Shown here piece after piece: positions 54,553 to 64,000 of a stretch of DNA of 64,000 bases. Location of the stretch: assembly GCA_964522165.1 (NCBI GenBank), contig CAZFVV010000001.1:23394-87393 (forward strand), read 5' to 3'. Position numbers and translations under genes: made by a program. The notes beneath the pieces are model-generated. The model did no database searches. It worked only from the letters and a program-made list of their open reading frames with translations, and had not been told where the DNA came from. This DNA comes from an uncultured Calditrichaceae bacterium (GTDB lineage: Bacteria; Calditrichota; Calditrichia; RBG-13-44-9; J075). Numbering within the stretch: the stretch's first letter is position 1; the number at the start of each line of letters is the position of its first letter.

Positions 54553-56280
54553 ATGAAGATCGAAGGCTACGAAATCCTCAAAGAGATCAGCCGGGGGCCG
54601 ATTACCACGGTATTCCTGGGGAAGCAGTTGGCGTTGGAACGCCTGGTGCTCATCAAGCTGCTGAACGCCCAGTGGCAGCGAGAGGCGGACCTGATCGAGC
54701 GTTTTCGCCGCGAAGCAATTATATGCGCCCGCCTGAAGCATCCCAATATCGTCAGCATCTATGATGTCGGTACCCATTCCGACAACCTCTACCTGGTAAT
54801 CGAATATATCGAAGGGGAGGATTTAGGGCAGTTTCTGAAACGGCATCATCCCCTGCCGGTTGAGCTGGCGCTGTTCATCAGCAGAGAGCTGATCGCCGGG
54901 CTGGCTTACGCCCATTCCCAGGGAATCATCCACCGCGACATCAAGCCGGGCAATATTATGGTGAGCCGGGAGGGCGCGGTCAAAATCACCGATTTCGGGC
55001 TGGCGCGCACGGAGGATTTGCCTTCGATCACCGCGCAGGGGGGAACGGTGGGCACCCCGGCGTATATGTCGCCGGAGCAAACCCGGGGGGAGAAGCTGGA
55101 TCAGCGTTCGGATATTTTCAGCTTAGGCGCTACCCTCTACGCGCTGGCCAGCGGGGAATCGCCTTTCCGGGGAGAAAATTTCGCCGATTCCATCCAAAAA
55201 GTATTGAGAAACAATCCCCCGCCTCTCCGGCAAATCCGGCCGGACATTCCCGACTGGTTCTCCGGCCTGGCGGCGGGAATGCTGCACAAAGATCCCCGGA
55301 AGCGCCCCGCTTCCGCCAAAGAGGTTCTCAGCCATTTCGGTTTTCATAACCTGCCGGCCAATCGCGACCGCCTGGCGGCTTTCATCATTGATCCCGCGGG
55401 TTTCCGGCCGCGCGAAAAAGCTGCTGACAAAACGGGCAGGAGTTCCTTTCTGCGCCCCTCTTACCGGCTGCCGGCAGTGATTTTGGGAGCAATGATCATA
55501 GCGCTGGTCATCCTGTTCAGCCGCAATGGAGGGCAAGAACCGTCCGCCGGGAAGCAACCCCTGGGGAATCCGGCGGCGCCCGCCCGGCTTCCCGACTCGT
55601 TGAATTCAAGTGATACTTTTTTCTCCTCGCTGGAACAAGATAGCACAGGCCAACCCTCATCAATCGCCCGTAATTCTGCTGCGAAAAATCGCCGTGGCGA
55701 TATACCGGCGCAAACGCTTTCTCGCGGCGCTGCCGGGAGCGACCATCAAGAGGCTCGACCGGGGACGACATCCCCCGCGGGAAATTTATCCCCGGAAAGC
55801 GATAGCGCAGAGCGCCCGCCAGCGTTGCGGGATTCTCTGGCGGAAAGCGCCTCCGCTGGCCCGGGCGGGCTTTTTATCGTCTGCGCTCCCTGGGCGGATA
55901 TATTTATCGACGGGCAGAAAAAGGATACTACCCCGCTGCGCCAGCCGCTGTTGTTGCCGCCCGCAGTATATAACCTGGAATTGAAGAATCCCGGCTTCGA
56001 GACCTACCGCCGCCAGGTGGCCGTTGAACCCGGTAAAACCGATTCCCTGGTGGTCAATCTCCGGCCCCGGGCCGGTTACCTGGCCCTGCGGGTAACTCCC
56101 TGGGCGGAGGTGTACCTCAACGGAGAATATTACGACACCACTCCCCTGAAACACCCCATTTCCCTGCCCTCCGGAAAGTACGAAATCAAACTGGTCAACC
56201 CCAATTTCTCCGCCTGGGCCGACAGCGTGGTAATTACCGCCGGAGAAACGGCCTCCCGCCAGGTAACGTTGAGCAAATGA
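54553..56280 (+). CDS. Serine/threonine protein kinase with a TM segment and C-terminal PEGA domains
   Basis: Kinase subdomains (HRDIKPGNIM, DFGLA, GTPAYMSPE), a TM helix near residue 300 and two PEGA-like repeats. Confidence 0.88.
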   Translation: MKIEGYEILKEISRGPITTVFLGKQLALERLVLIKLLNAQWQREADLIERFRREAIICARLKHPNIVSIYDVGTHSDNLYLVIEYIEGEDLGQFLKRHHPLPVELALFISRELIAGLAYAHSQGIIHRDIKPGNIMVSREGAVKITDFGLARTEDLPSITAQGGTVGTPAYMSPEQTRGEKLDQRSDIFSLGATLYALASGESPFRGENFADSIQKVLRNNPPPLRQIRPDIPDWFSGLAAGMLHKDPRKRPASAKEVLSHFGFHNLPANRDRLAAFIIDPAGFRPREKAADKTGRSSFLRPSYRLPAVILGAMIIALVILFSRNGGQEPSAGKQPLGNPAAPARLPDSLNSSDTFFSSLEQDSTGQPSSIARNSAAKNRRGDIPAQTLSRGAAGSDHQEARPGTTSPAGNLSPESDSAERPPALRDSLAESASAGPGGLFIVCAPWADIFIDGQKKDTTPLRQPLLLPPAVYNLELKNPGFETYRRQVAVEPGKTDSLVVNLRPRAGYLALRVTPWAEVYLNGEYYDTTPLKHPISLPSGKYEIKLVNPNFSAWADSVVITAGETASRQVTLSK

Positions 56281-56300
56281 CATTTACTGGGGTAAATCAA

Positions 56301-56340
56301 AGACCTCAAAGGTTTTCAAAACCTTTGAGGTCTTTTTTTA
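56301..56340 (+). terminator. Rho-independent terminator
   Basis: AGACCTCAAAGGTTTT-C-AAAACCTTTGAGGTCT forms a 16 bp stem, followed by TTTTTTT. Confidence 0.8.
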
Positions 56341-56415
56341 TTGGCCGTATCTCGTCCAACCGTTGTTTATAATCCCATAATTGCTTAGATTCCCGCTCAT
56401 CGAAATAAACTACGA

Positions 56416-57258
56416 ATGATACCGATGCGAATGAATTTAGCCCGATCCCATGGCCCATTTCGATCTGCCGGCTTGCTTTCCACTTTCCTCCTGGCTTTTG
56501 CCTTTTACCTTTTTCCTTTTTCCTTCCTCGCGCTTCAAGCCCAATCTTCTACCGCGGATATTTTGCAGGTAAAATTCTATTACGATGCGGTGGAGTTTGA
56601 AAAAGCAATCTCTACCGGCAAGGAAATACTAACCTCCGGCCAACCATTCGCCCCTGACGAATTGTTGTTTTTGCACCGTTACGTCGCGCTCTCCTATTAC
56701 AACGTCGGGCAGGTGGATTCCGCGCGAACCCATTTCCTGAGCCTGCTCTCGGTCGATCCCGGTTACGAGTTGGACCCGGTGACGGTATCTCCTAAAATCA
56801 TCGATTTCTTCAACGACATCAAAAAAGATTACCAGGCGCTGGCCGGTTCGGGGCCGGGGGCGGCTTATACCCGCTACGTTTTTGTGGAGGACCTGCGCCC
56901 CGGCGCGGCCTGGCGCTCCATGATCCTCCCCGGCTGGGGGCAGTTTTACAAACATCAGAAAACTAAGGGATATTTATTGGGAGGGGCGTTTTGGGGCAGT
57001 TTGCTGGCCACGGGAATTTCACTGCTTCAAGAGAATGCCGCTCGTGAGAAATACCTGGACAGCAACACCCCGGAAGATATCGAGCGCACTTATTCCGATT
57101 ACGACCAATGGCACAAAACCCGCCAGGTATTCACCATCGCCAGTGCGGCGCTCTGGGCGGTGGCGGTGGGCGACGCGCTGTGGAGCCCTTATTCCCGGGC
57201 CTCCCTGGCCGCCCGCCCGGAAGGCGGCGTACTGATGACCCTGCAAATTCAGTTTTGA
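56416..57258 (+). CDS. DUF5683-like membrane protein
   Basis: N-terminal signal/TM, then ILPGWGQFYKHQKTKGYLLGGAFWGSLLATGI and a second TM, resembling DUF5683. Confidence 0.6.
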   Translation: MIPMRMNLARSHGPFRSAGLLSTFLLAFAFYLFPFSFLALQAQSSTADILQVKFYYDAVEFEKAISTGKEILTSGQPFAPDELLFLHRYVALSYYNVGQVDSARTHFLSLLSVDPGYELDPVTVSPKIIDFFNDIKKDYQALAGSGPGAAYTRYVFVEDLRPGAAWRSMILPGWGQFYKHQKTKGYLLGGAFWGSLLATGISLLQENAAREKYLDSNTPEDIERTYSDYDQWHKTRQVFTIASAALWAVAVGDALWSPYSRASLAARPEGGVLMTLQIQF

Positions 57259-57324
57259 GAAACGATCGCCTGGGCTATGGCCGCAATTTATTTAGCCGGG
57301 TAATGCCGGCTTGCAGGCAGAAAA

Positions 57325-57385
57325 CAGGAGTGCAAAATTTATTTTGCACCCCCAGCGCCAGTGCAGAATCAATTCTGCACTCCTG
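57325..57385. repeat. Two palindromes: GGAGTGCAAAATTTATTTTGCAC and GTGCAGAATCAATTCTGCACTCC
   Basis: Same family as 777-796 and 853-872. Confidence 0.6.
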
Positions 57386-57440
57386 ATTTTGTACTCGCGC
57401 AGTATTTTGGCAACTTCGCAACCCGCAACTTCAACCCTTC

Positions 57441-58808
57441 CTACTTCACGTACACCGTTTTGATGTTCACGAATTCCTTGATGCCGTAATGGGAGAGCTC
57501 CCGGCCGTAGCCGCTTTCTTTGACGCCCCCGAAGGGCAGGCGCGGGTCGGATTTGATAAAGGCGTTGACGAAGCAGCTGCCCGCCTCCAGTTCTTCCGCC
57601 GCGATGCGCTCGCCCCTCTCAACGTCGCGGGTGAAGATGGCCGCCCCCAACCCGAAAACGGAATTATTCGCCGTGCGGATCGCCTCCGCCTCATCCTTCA
57701 CCCGGATGATCGCCGCGGCCGGGCCGAAAAGCTCCTCGTCGAACGCGGGCATCCCCTCGCGCACCGCGCTGAGCACCGTGGGGGGATAAAACGCGCCGTC
57801 CCCCGGGGGAATTTCCCCGCCTAAAAGGCATTTAGCGCCCAACTTGATGCTTTCCGCCACCTGGCGGTGCAAATCGTCGCGCAAATCGCGGCGCGCCTGG
57901 GGGCCGACCTCGGTATCCTCTTCTAAAGGATCGCCCATCTTTTTAACGCGCATTTTTTCCACGTAAAGACGCTCGAATTCATCGGCGATGGATTGGGGAA
58001 CGATGAAGCGCTTGGCGGCGATGCAGCTTTGCCCGGAATTGATCAAGCGGCTGTTTACGCAGGCGCTCACCGCCGCCTCCAGGTCCGCGTCTTCCAGCAC
58101 GATGTAGGGATCGCTGCCGCCCAATTCCAAAACCGACTTTTTGAGCATTTCCCCGGCTTTTTTCGCAACCGCCCTGCCCGCGGGGGTGCTGCCGGTGAGG
58201 GTAACCGCCGCCACCAGGGGATTTTCGATAATCGCGGAAACCTGCCCGCTGCCCACCGGCAGTGTGGTAAAGCAATGTTCGGGGAAACCGGCCTCGCGGA
58301 AAACCGCCTCGATGGCCAGGGCGCAGCCGGTCACGTTGGAAGAGTGCTTCAGCAGACCTACGTTGCCGGCCATCAGCCCCGGGGCGGCAAAGCGGAACAC
58401 CTGCCAGAAAGGGAAATTCCAGGGCATCACCGCCAGCACCACTCCCAACGGCTGGAAGGTGACGAAACTTTTGCGGGCGTCGGTCGCGATGATTTCCGGC
58501 TGCAAGAATTTCTCCCCGTTTTCCGCGTAGTACTCGCACACCCAGGCGCATTTTTCCGCCTCGGCGCGCCCTTCCCGCACCGGCTTGCCCATCTCCTCGG
58601 CCATCAGGCGGGCGTACTCCGCGCTTTTGTGGCGCAGCAGCAGGGCTGATTTTTTCAGCAGCAACGCACGATCGGAAAAGCCGCTTCGCCTCCATTCCAA
58701 AAAGGTGCGATGGGCTTGCCGGATATTTTTTTCCACTGCCTGCGGCGACATTTCTTCGTAGGTTTTAATGGTTTTTCCCGTTGCCGGGTTGATGGACATG
58801 AGCGCCAT
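57441..58808 (-). CDS. NAD(P)-dependent aldehyde dehydrogenase (succinate-semialdehyde dehydrogenase-like)
   Basis: Start taken at MALMSINPATGK. ALDH glutamate (LELGGSDP) and catalytic Cys (GQSCIAA) regions are present. Confidence 0.85.
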   Translation of the reverse strand: MALMSINPATGKTIKTYEEMSPQAVEKNIRQAHRTFLEWRRSGFSDRALLLKKSALLLRHKSAEYARLMAEEMGKPVREGRAEAEKCAWVCEYYAENGEKFLQPEIIATDARKSFVTFQPLGVVLAVMPWNFPFWQVFRFAAPGLMAGNVGLLKHSSNVTGCALAIEAVFREAGFPEHCFTTLPVGSGQVSAIIENPLVAAVTLTGSTPAGRAVAKKAGEMLKKSVLELGGSDPYIVLEDADLEAAVSACVNSRLINSGQSCIAAKRFIVPQSIADEFERLYVEKMRVKKMGDPLEEDTEVGPQARRDLRDDLHRQVAESIKLGAKCLLGGEIPPGDGAFYPPTVLSAVREGMPAFDEELFGPAAAIIRVKDEAEAIRTANNSVFGLGAAIFTRDVERGERIAAEELEAGSCFVNAFIKSDPRLPFGGVKESGYGRELSHYGIKEFVNIKTVYVK

Positions 58809-59112
58809 AGCTCCTCCGCGTGTTTTGGGGTGTTTGAAAAATCTCCTGCATAAAAACCTTCGACTCCTGATTGGCATTTAAGATAAAAAGGAACGTTGCG
58901 GCAGATAAAGGAGATAAAAATTTTGCATAACGGTTCGGGTTGTTTTTCGGGTTGTGGTTAAGTTTTGATTGATGAAAGAGTGATTGCCACATCTCCGTCG
59001 GATAAGACGGATCAAGCGGCCGATTAAATTTCCGATAATGGGGAAGTGCAGAGTATCACAGTAAAAACGGCATTTAACGCCGATTATTGCGTTTCGTAAA
59101 TAAGGAAGGAAT

Positions 59113-60207
59113 ATGAAACGAATTTTGAACGTGGTGGGCGCGCGGCCCAATTTTATGAAGATCGCCCCGATCCAGCGCGCCATGCAGCAATATCCCCGGG
59201 AGTTCGAGCCGCTGCTGGTGCATACCGGCCAGCATTACGACGAGCGCATGAGCAAGCTGTTCTTCGAAGATTTGCAGCTTCCTCAGCCGGATATTTATTT
59301 GGGGGTAGGCTCCGGTTCCCACGCGGAACAGACCGCCCGGATTATGATCGATTTTGAAAAAATCTGCTTAGAACGGAAGCCGGACCTGGTGCTGGTGGTG
59401 GGCGACGTGAATTCCACGGTGGCGTGCAGCCTGGTGGCCTCCAAATTGTGGATTCCGGTGGCGCACGTGGAAGCGGGCCTGCGCAGCTACGACCGGAAAA
59501 TGCCCGAGGAGATCAACCGGCTGATGACCGACGCGGTCTCGGATTATCTGTTCGTCACTGAACAGAGCGGGATCGACAACCTGCTGAAAGAGGGCATCGA
59601 CCGGGGCAAAATCCATTTCGTGGGCAACGTGATGATCGATTCCCTGGCCTATTTCTTAGAAAAGGCCAACGGCTCCCCGGTGCTGAAGCACTTAGAATTG
59701 CAGCCCCGCGGCTACGCCCTGGTGACCCTGCACCGCCCCTCCAACGTGGATGAACCGGGGAACTTCCTGAAAATTATCTCTGCTTTCGAGGAAATTCAGC
59801 GCCATTTGCCGATCATCTTTCCCATCCATCCCCGCACCGAGAAAAATATCAAGCTGTTCGGGCTGGAAGAGAAAGTCAAATCCCTGAAGAATTTGAAACT
59901 GCTGCCCCCGGTCGGCTACCTGGACTTCATGCAGTTGACCCAGAAGTGCAAATTCGTGATGACCGATTCCGGCGGCATCCAGGAGGAAACCACTTACTTA
60001 GGCATTCCTTGCCTCACCCTGCGGGAAAACACCGAGCGCCCGGTTACCGTGGAGGTGGGCACTAACGAGATCGTGGGCACGGATACGGAGAAAATCATCG
60101 CGTTGGGCGAGCGGATTCTCGCCGGCAAATGGAAAGCCGGACGCGTGCCGGAGTTGTGGGACGGCCGGGCCGCGGAGCGGATTGTGGAAGTGTTGCGGAA
60201 GGGGTAG
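59113..60207 (+). CDS. wecB: UDP-N-acetylglucosamine 2-epimerase (non-hydrolysing)
   Basis: RBS AAGGAAGGA upstream. ILNVVGARPNFMKIAPI...HTGQHYDERMS...HVEAGLRSYD are conserved WecB blocks. Confidence 0.9.
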   Translation: MKRILNVVGARPNFMKIAPIQRAMQQYPREFEPLLVHTGQHYDERMSKLFFEDLQLPQPDIYLGVGSGSHAEQTARIMIDFEKICLERKPDLVLVVGDVNSTVACSLVASKLWIPVAHVEAGLRSYDRKMPEEINRLMTDAVSDYLFVTEQSGIDNLLKEGIDRGKIHFVGNVMIDSLAYFLEKANGSPVLKHLELQPRGYALVTLHRPSNVDEPGNFLKIISAFEEIQRHLPIIFPIHPRTEKNIKLFGLEEKVKSLKNLKLLPPVGYLDFMQLTQKCKFVMTDSGGIQEETTYLGIPCLTLRENTERPVTVEVGTNEIVGTDTEKIIALGERILAGKWKAGRVPELWDGRAAERIVEVLRKG

Positions 60208-60209
60208 AT

Positions 60210-60335
60210 GAGGGGGAAAGGTAAAAGGTATATGGCATAAGGTATAGGGGTTGGGGTCAGAGAAATTACCCTGCACCCCACTCCCCACTCCCTACTCCCT
60301 TAATACCCTATACCTTATACCCTCCATCCCCCCAT
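60210..60335. repeat. GGTATAGGGTATAAGG-family repeat
   Basis: GGTAAAAGGTATATGGCATAAGGTATAGGGG...CCCTTAATACCCTATACCTTATACCC. Confidence 0.55.
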
Positions 60336-60371
60336 GCTTATTTAAGTCAACCATACTAACCCAAACTAACC

Positions 60372-62621
60372 ATGTCGGTATTGAAATACGCCAGCAAATT
60401 GCGCAAAATGTCCTCTGCGGAGATCTCTTTCCGGCTGCGCCAGCAGGCCCGCAACCGCGCGGAGACTTTGAAGTGGAAGAAAAACGGCAATAATCGCGAG
60501 GCCTTCGTTCCCGCGCACATCCGGGGTTGGGATTTGCGCCAGCATCCTTTCCCGGCCCCGGGGGTGCGCTTTTTCGGGCTGGCAGAGGACGCCGAAGGTT
60601 TGCGGAATGAATTTTCCCGGCTTTTCCCCGGGAAGCTTGCCTCCCTGCAACAGCAGGCCGATCAATTGCTGGGGAACCGTTTCCGTTTTTTAGGCCTGGC
60701 GGTGGAATTGCCCGACCCCATCCCCTGGAACCGCAATCCCCAGACCAGAGCCGAGTATCCGCGCCAGCATCACGCTTTGATGGATACCTTCAATACTGAA
60801 AAATATGGCGACGTGAAATACGCCTGGGAGCTAAACCGCCAGCAGTTTTTCATCGAAGTTGCGAAAGCTTACTTTTTGACCGGGGAAGAAAAATACGCCG
60901 CGAAAATCTGGGCGTGGTTAGAAAGCTGGATTCGCGATAATCCCCACAAGATCGGGATCAACCACACCTCGGTGCTGGAGCACGCGGTGCGGATTTTTTC
61001 CTGGCTGTGGGCCTATTTTTTCACCCGGGAATCCGCGGTATGGACCCCGGAGCGCGTGGAAGTTTTGGCCCGCAACCTGCTGTTGCAGGGAGAGATGATC
61101 GAGGAAAATCTCTCGTATTATTACAGTCCCTACAACCACCTGATCGGGGAATTGGCCGCGCTGGCCTTCCTGGGCACGGTGTACGGCAATTCCCCCAAAA
61201 CCCAAACCTGGCGCGACCGTTACTGGCAGAAGTTGGAGGCGCAGGCCGAAAAACAGTTCCACTCCGACGGGTTCACGGTGGAGCAGGCCGGCTATTACCA
61301 CCATTTTACCCTGGGGTTTTATCTGATGGTAGCCGTGCTGCGGGAGCAAAACGGCCTGCCGGTCTCCGCCCGCTTGTGGGAGATACTGGAACGCGCCATC
61401 GAATTGCCCATGCACCTCACCCGCCCGGACGGGCAATTGCCCATGTCGGGCGACATCGACAGCGCCCGCTCGCTCTATTTTTATGATCCTGAGCCGAAGT
61501 GGGATTTGCGGGCCTTTTTGGCGCTGGGCGCGGCCATTTTTCGCCGCGGCGACATGAAATTCGTGGCCGGGAGCGCCGGGGAAGAGATTCTCTGGCTTTC
61601 CGGTAGCGCGGGTGTGCAGGCATTCGAGCGGTTGAAAGCGGAGAAACCGGCGCAGTTTTCGCGCCAATTTCCCGGCAGCGGCTACGCCGTCATGCGCGAC
61701 GGCTGGGAGAGCGGCAGCAATTACTGCTGCTTCGATTGCGGCGAGATCGCCCATGGAGTTTTCCGCGACGAAACCCCCTCCGCCGCCCACGGCCACGCCG
61801 ACATCCTCTCCTTTGAACTCTGTATCGAGGGCCGACCGCTGGTGATCGATCCCGGTTTTTACACCTATTTCGGGCCCCTGGAGTGGCACCGCTATTTCCG
61901 CTCCACCCGCGGCCACAACGCCATCGAAGTAAACGGGGCCGGGCAGGCGCAGCACCAGGGGCGGCTGGGCTGGTCGAACGTCTCCCTGCCCAAAACGGAA
62001 ATCTTCAAAACTTCCCCGGAGTGGGAATTCGCCGGGGGAGCCATCGACCGCTTTGCCGGGCTGGGGGAGAAGGTTTTCCATCGCCGTTATATCCTGTTCC
62101 GCAAGGGAAAGTATTTCCTGGTAATGGATGAAGTGGCCGGGGAAGGGGGTAAGCCCTTCCGGGTGGAATCCTCGCTGCACTTTTCGCCCGGCAACCTGAT
62201 GTTCCGCAACGACCGCCTGGTGCGCAACGGGCAGGAAGCGGCCCTGCTGGCGCTTCCCGATACCGCGAAAGTGAGCATCGCCGCCGGGGGAGCCGCGCCC
62301 GACCAGGGCTGGATGGCGCAGGGCTACGGCGAAAGAGCGCCGGCCCCGGTCGTGAGAATCACCCTGCAAAAACCCCTCCCGGTGCGGTTGGGAATGCTCT
62401 TTCCCCTGCCGGCGCTGCGCAACCGGGTCAGCCGCCTGCACATCGAGCATGGTGGGGAGAATATTACCGTGTACCGGGTCGCTACAGAGGAGGGGGAAGA
62501 GCGGGTGCATTTGAACCCCCGCCGTAAAAAATTCTGGATCGGCTCCGAAGAAACCGACGCGGTTTGCGTGATCGAAACCAGCGGCCCGGGCAAAGAAAAA
62601 CGCATGATGCTGATTCGATAG
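60372..62621 (+). CDS. Heparinase II/III-family protein (alginate-lyase-superfamily N-domain plus Hepar_II_III C-domain)
   Basis: 749 aa. The central NHTSVLEHAVRIFSWLW region and later HGHADILSFEL are typical of heparinase II/III-like proteins in polysaccharide clusters. Confidence 0.72.
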   Translation: MSVLKYASKLRKMSSAEISFRLRQQARNRAETLKWKKNGNNREAFVPAHIRGWDLRQHPFPAPGVRFFGLAEDAEGLRNEFSRLFPGKLASLQQQADQLLGNRFRFLGLAVELPDPIPWNRNPQTRAEYPRQHHALMDTFNTEKYGDVKYAWELNRQQFFIEVAKAYFLTGEEKYAAKIWAWLESWIRDNPHKIGINHTSVLEHAVRIFSWLWAYFFTRESAVWTPERVEVLARNLLLQGEMIEENLSYYYSPYNHLIGELAALAFLGTVYGNSPKTQTWRDRYWQKLEAQAEKQFHSDGFTVEQAGYYHHFTLGFYLMVAVLREQNGLPVSARLWEILERAIELPMHLTRPDGQLPMSGDIDSARSLYFYDPEPKWDLRAFLALGAAIFRRGDMKFVAGSAGEEILWLSGSAGVQAFERLKAEKPAQFSRQFPGSGYAVMRDGWESGSNYCCFDCGEIAHGVFRDETPSAAHGHADILSFELCIEGRPLVIDPGFYTYFGPLEWHRYFRSTRGHNAIEVNGAGQAQHQGRLGWSNVSLPKTEIFKTSPEWEFAGGAIDRFAGLGEKVFHRRYILFRKGKYFLVMDEVAGEGGKPFRVESSLHFSPGNLMFRNDRLVRNGQEAALLALPDTAKVSIAAGGAAPDQGWMAQGYGERAPAPVVRITLQKPLPVRLGMLFPLPALRNRVSRLHIEHGGENITVYRVATEEGEERVHLNPRRKKFWIGSEETDAVCVIETSGPGKEKRMMLIR

Positions 62622-62624
62622 GTA

Positions 62625-62810
62625 ATGCGGTGTTCAGGTGTTCGTGTGTTTAAGTGAATTAAGGGTTGGAGCCATAGTATTGAATTCGGAGAGAACTCAG
62701 GGTTTAACATCCCCCCTGTCCCCCCCTTCAAAGGGGGGAACTACCCATTCGCCCTTGACTTTCCCCCCTTTGAAGGGGGGACAGGGGGGATGTCATAAGC
62801 CGCTCTTAAA
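62625..62810. repeat. GTGTTNNN left arm, then an AATTAAGGGTTGG inner element containing CCCCCCTTCAAAGGGGGG / CCCCCCTTTGAAGGGGGG hairpins and GACAGGGGGGATGTCATAAGCC
   Basis: Shares both the arm and the inner element with 13797-14052. Confidence 0.6.
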
Positions 62811-62824
62811 ATAAATCCGATTTT

Positions 62825-63901
62825 ATGAACCCTAAAAAGCGCGTCAAAATATTAGAAATCAGTTCCTACCCGCCCCCGCGGGCCGGATGGGGGGTGCGGG
62901 TGGCGTTTGTCAAAGAGGCGCTCATCGAAGCGGGGCACGTTTGCGAGGTGCTCAACATCGCCCCGGAGAGCCGGAAAATCCCCAGCCCGGAGTATTTGAC
63001 GTCGTTGAACGGGCTGGATTACGCCTGGAAGGTGTTCAGCCGCTGCCTGCGCGGCTACCGGGTACACATGCACCTGAACGGCAACTCTCCGAAAGGATTC
63101 GTGCTTACCATTTTAGCGGAAGCGCTCAGCCTGCTCACCTTCAAGCGCCCGGCGCTGACCCTGCACGCCGGGCCGGAGCAGTTGTATTTTCCCAAAACCC
63201 GCGCCCCGCGCTTGATTCCCATGTTCAAATTCATCTTTGGGGTTGCCGGGAAAATTATCTGCAACAACGAGGCGGTGAAGGAGAAGATCGTGGAGTACGG
63301 CGTCAACCCGGAAAAAATCGTACCCATCCAGGCTTTCAGCCGCCAATACCTGCGTTTCGAGCCGGCGCGGTTGAACGGTGCTTTGGCGGGGTTCATGGCG
63401 CAGCGCAAACCCCTGATTAGCTCTTACGTGTTCTTCCGCCCGGAATTTTTCATCGACCGGATGGTGAAAGGCATTGCGGAGCTGGCCAAAACCCACCCCG
63501 AAGTGGGCCTGCTGATCTTAGGTTCGGATGACGGGTCGGAAGAAATCCGCAAGCTGGTGAAAGAGCTAGGAATCTCCGCCAACGTCTATTTTGCCGGCGA
63601 TTTGGAGCACGACGCTTTCCTGACCGCGCTCTCCCGCTCGGATATTTTCCTGCGCACCCCCATCCGCGACGGGGTCAGCTCCTCGGTATTAGAGGCGCTG
63701 GCGCTGCAAGTGCCGGTGGTGGCCAGCGAGAATCGCCGCCGCCCGGAGAGCGTGATCACTTACGACCACGAAGATATTTCCGATATGGTGCAGGCGTTGA
63801 ATACCACCATTGCGAATTTGGCGGCGGTCAAAGCGCAGGTGGTCAAACCGCTCATTAAGGATACCGTGGCGGAAGAAGTTAGAGTGCTGACGGAAAAATA
63901 A
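62825..63901 (+). CDS. Glycosyltransferase family 4 (GT-B, group 1)
   Basis: The C-terminal GT4 motif with ...SSSVLEALALQVPVVASE... and two Rossmann halves. Confidence 0.83.
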   Translation: MNPKKRVKILEISSYPPPRAGWGVRVAFVKEALIEAGHVCEVLNIAPESRKIPSPEYLTSLNGLDYAWKVFSRCLRGYRVHMHLNGNSPKGFVLTILAEALSLLTFKRPALTLHAGPEQLYFPKTRAPRLIPMFKFIFGVAGKIICNNEAVKEKIVEYGVNPEKIVPIQAFSRQYLRFEPARLNGALAGFMAQRKPLISSYVFFRPEFFIDRMVKGIAELAKTHPEVGLLILGSDDGSEEIRKLVKELGISANVYFAGDLEHDAFLTALSRSDIFLRTPIRDGVSSSVLEALALQVPVVASENRRRPESVITYDHEDISDMVQALNTTIANLAAVKAQVVKPLIKDTVAEEVRVLTEK

Positions 63902-63960
63902 TGTAAAACCAGACCTCAAAGGTTTTAGAAACCGAGGTCTTATGCCGCGAAAGAAGATAA

Positions 63961-64000
63961 ATGGCTACGAAACCCTTGAAAGTCTTATTCCTGTCGCAGC
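63961..64000 (+). CDS. 5' end of a further gene (MATKPLKVLFLSQ...); continues beyond the window
   Basis: ATG with an upstream AAGAAG and an open frame to the window end. Only 13 codons are visible. Confidence 0.3.
   Translation, partial: MATKPLKVLFLSQ

Noticed and set aside
727-62810. Possibility that the abundant repeats are a CRISPR array
   Set aside because: The repeats are inverted or palindromic and built from 8-12 nt tandem units. They are scattered one per intergenic region, not a regular direct-repeat and spacer array. No cas genes are visible.
1-64000. tRNA, rRNA or tmRNA genes
   Set aside because: Scanning for T-loop-like GGTTCGA[AG]TCC motifs with a matching acceptor-stem pairing found none. 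No rRNA-like conserved stretches were seen.

Overview
This is a 64 kb, high-GC (about 60%) bacterial chromosomal segment. It appears to come from a T9SS-bearing lineage: three proteins carry Por/T9SS C-terminal sorting domains, and two carry dockerin-like modules. About 50 genes are dense on both strands.

Clearly recognisable core genes: plsX, pyruvate phosphate dikinase, argR, RNase G, era, an S2P/M50 protease, Mla-like MlaDFE, a GH13 amylase, a fused aconitase-family dehydratase, a POT peptide transporter, pepP, thpR, a GAF sigma-54 activator, a Ser/Thr kinase with PEGA domains, an aldehyde dehydrogenase, wecB, a heparinase II/III-like protein and a GT4 glycosyltransferase.

Five things stand out as accessory or unusual:
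1. At least five sequence-distinct families of intergenic hairpin repeats, each built from tandem 8-12 nt units, sit almost exactly on gene boundaries. Some are nested inside one another, some run into the 5' ends of genes, and one carries a roughly 200 bp G-tract array.
2. Four overlapping small genes (DUF2283, DUF433, DUF5615 PIN-like, DprA/Smf-like Rossmann) form a lower-GC cassette apparently inserted inside a Yej/Opp-like peptide ABC transporter operon. This is the best candidate in the window for an undescribed toxin-antitoxin or defence module.
3. A TIGR03960-like radical SAM protein fused to DUF2344 is translationally coupled to argR and has lost its CX3CX2C motif.
4. Several AT-rich islets carry a frameshifted T9SS cargo gene, a HEPN/MNT pair, a stand-alone PD-(D/E)xK nuclease and decaying gene fragments.
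5. Two Uma2-family endonuclease genes are present.

No rRNA, tRNA or CRISPR array was found.
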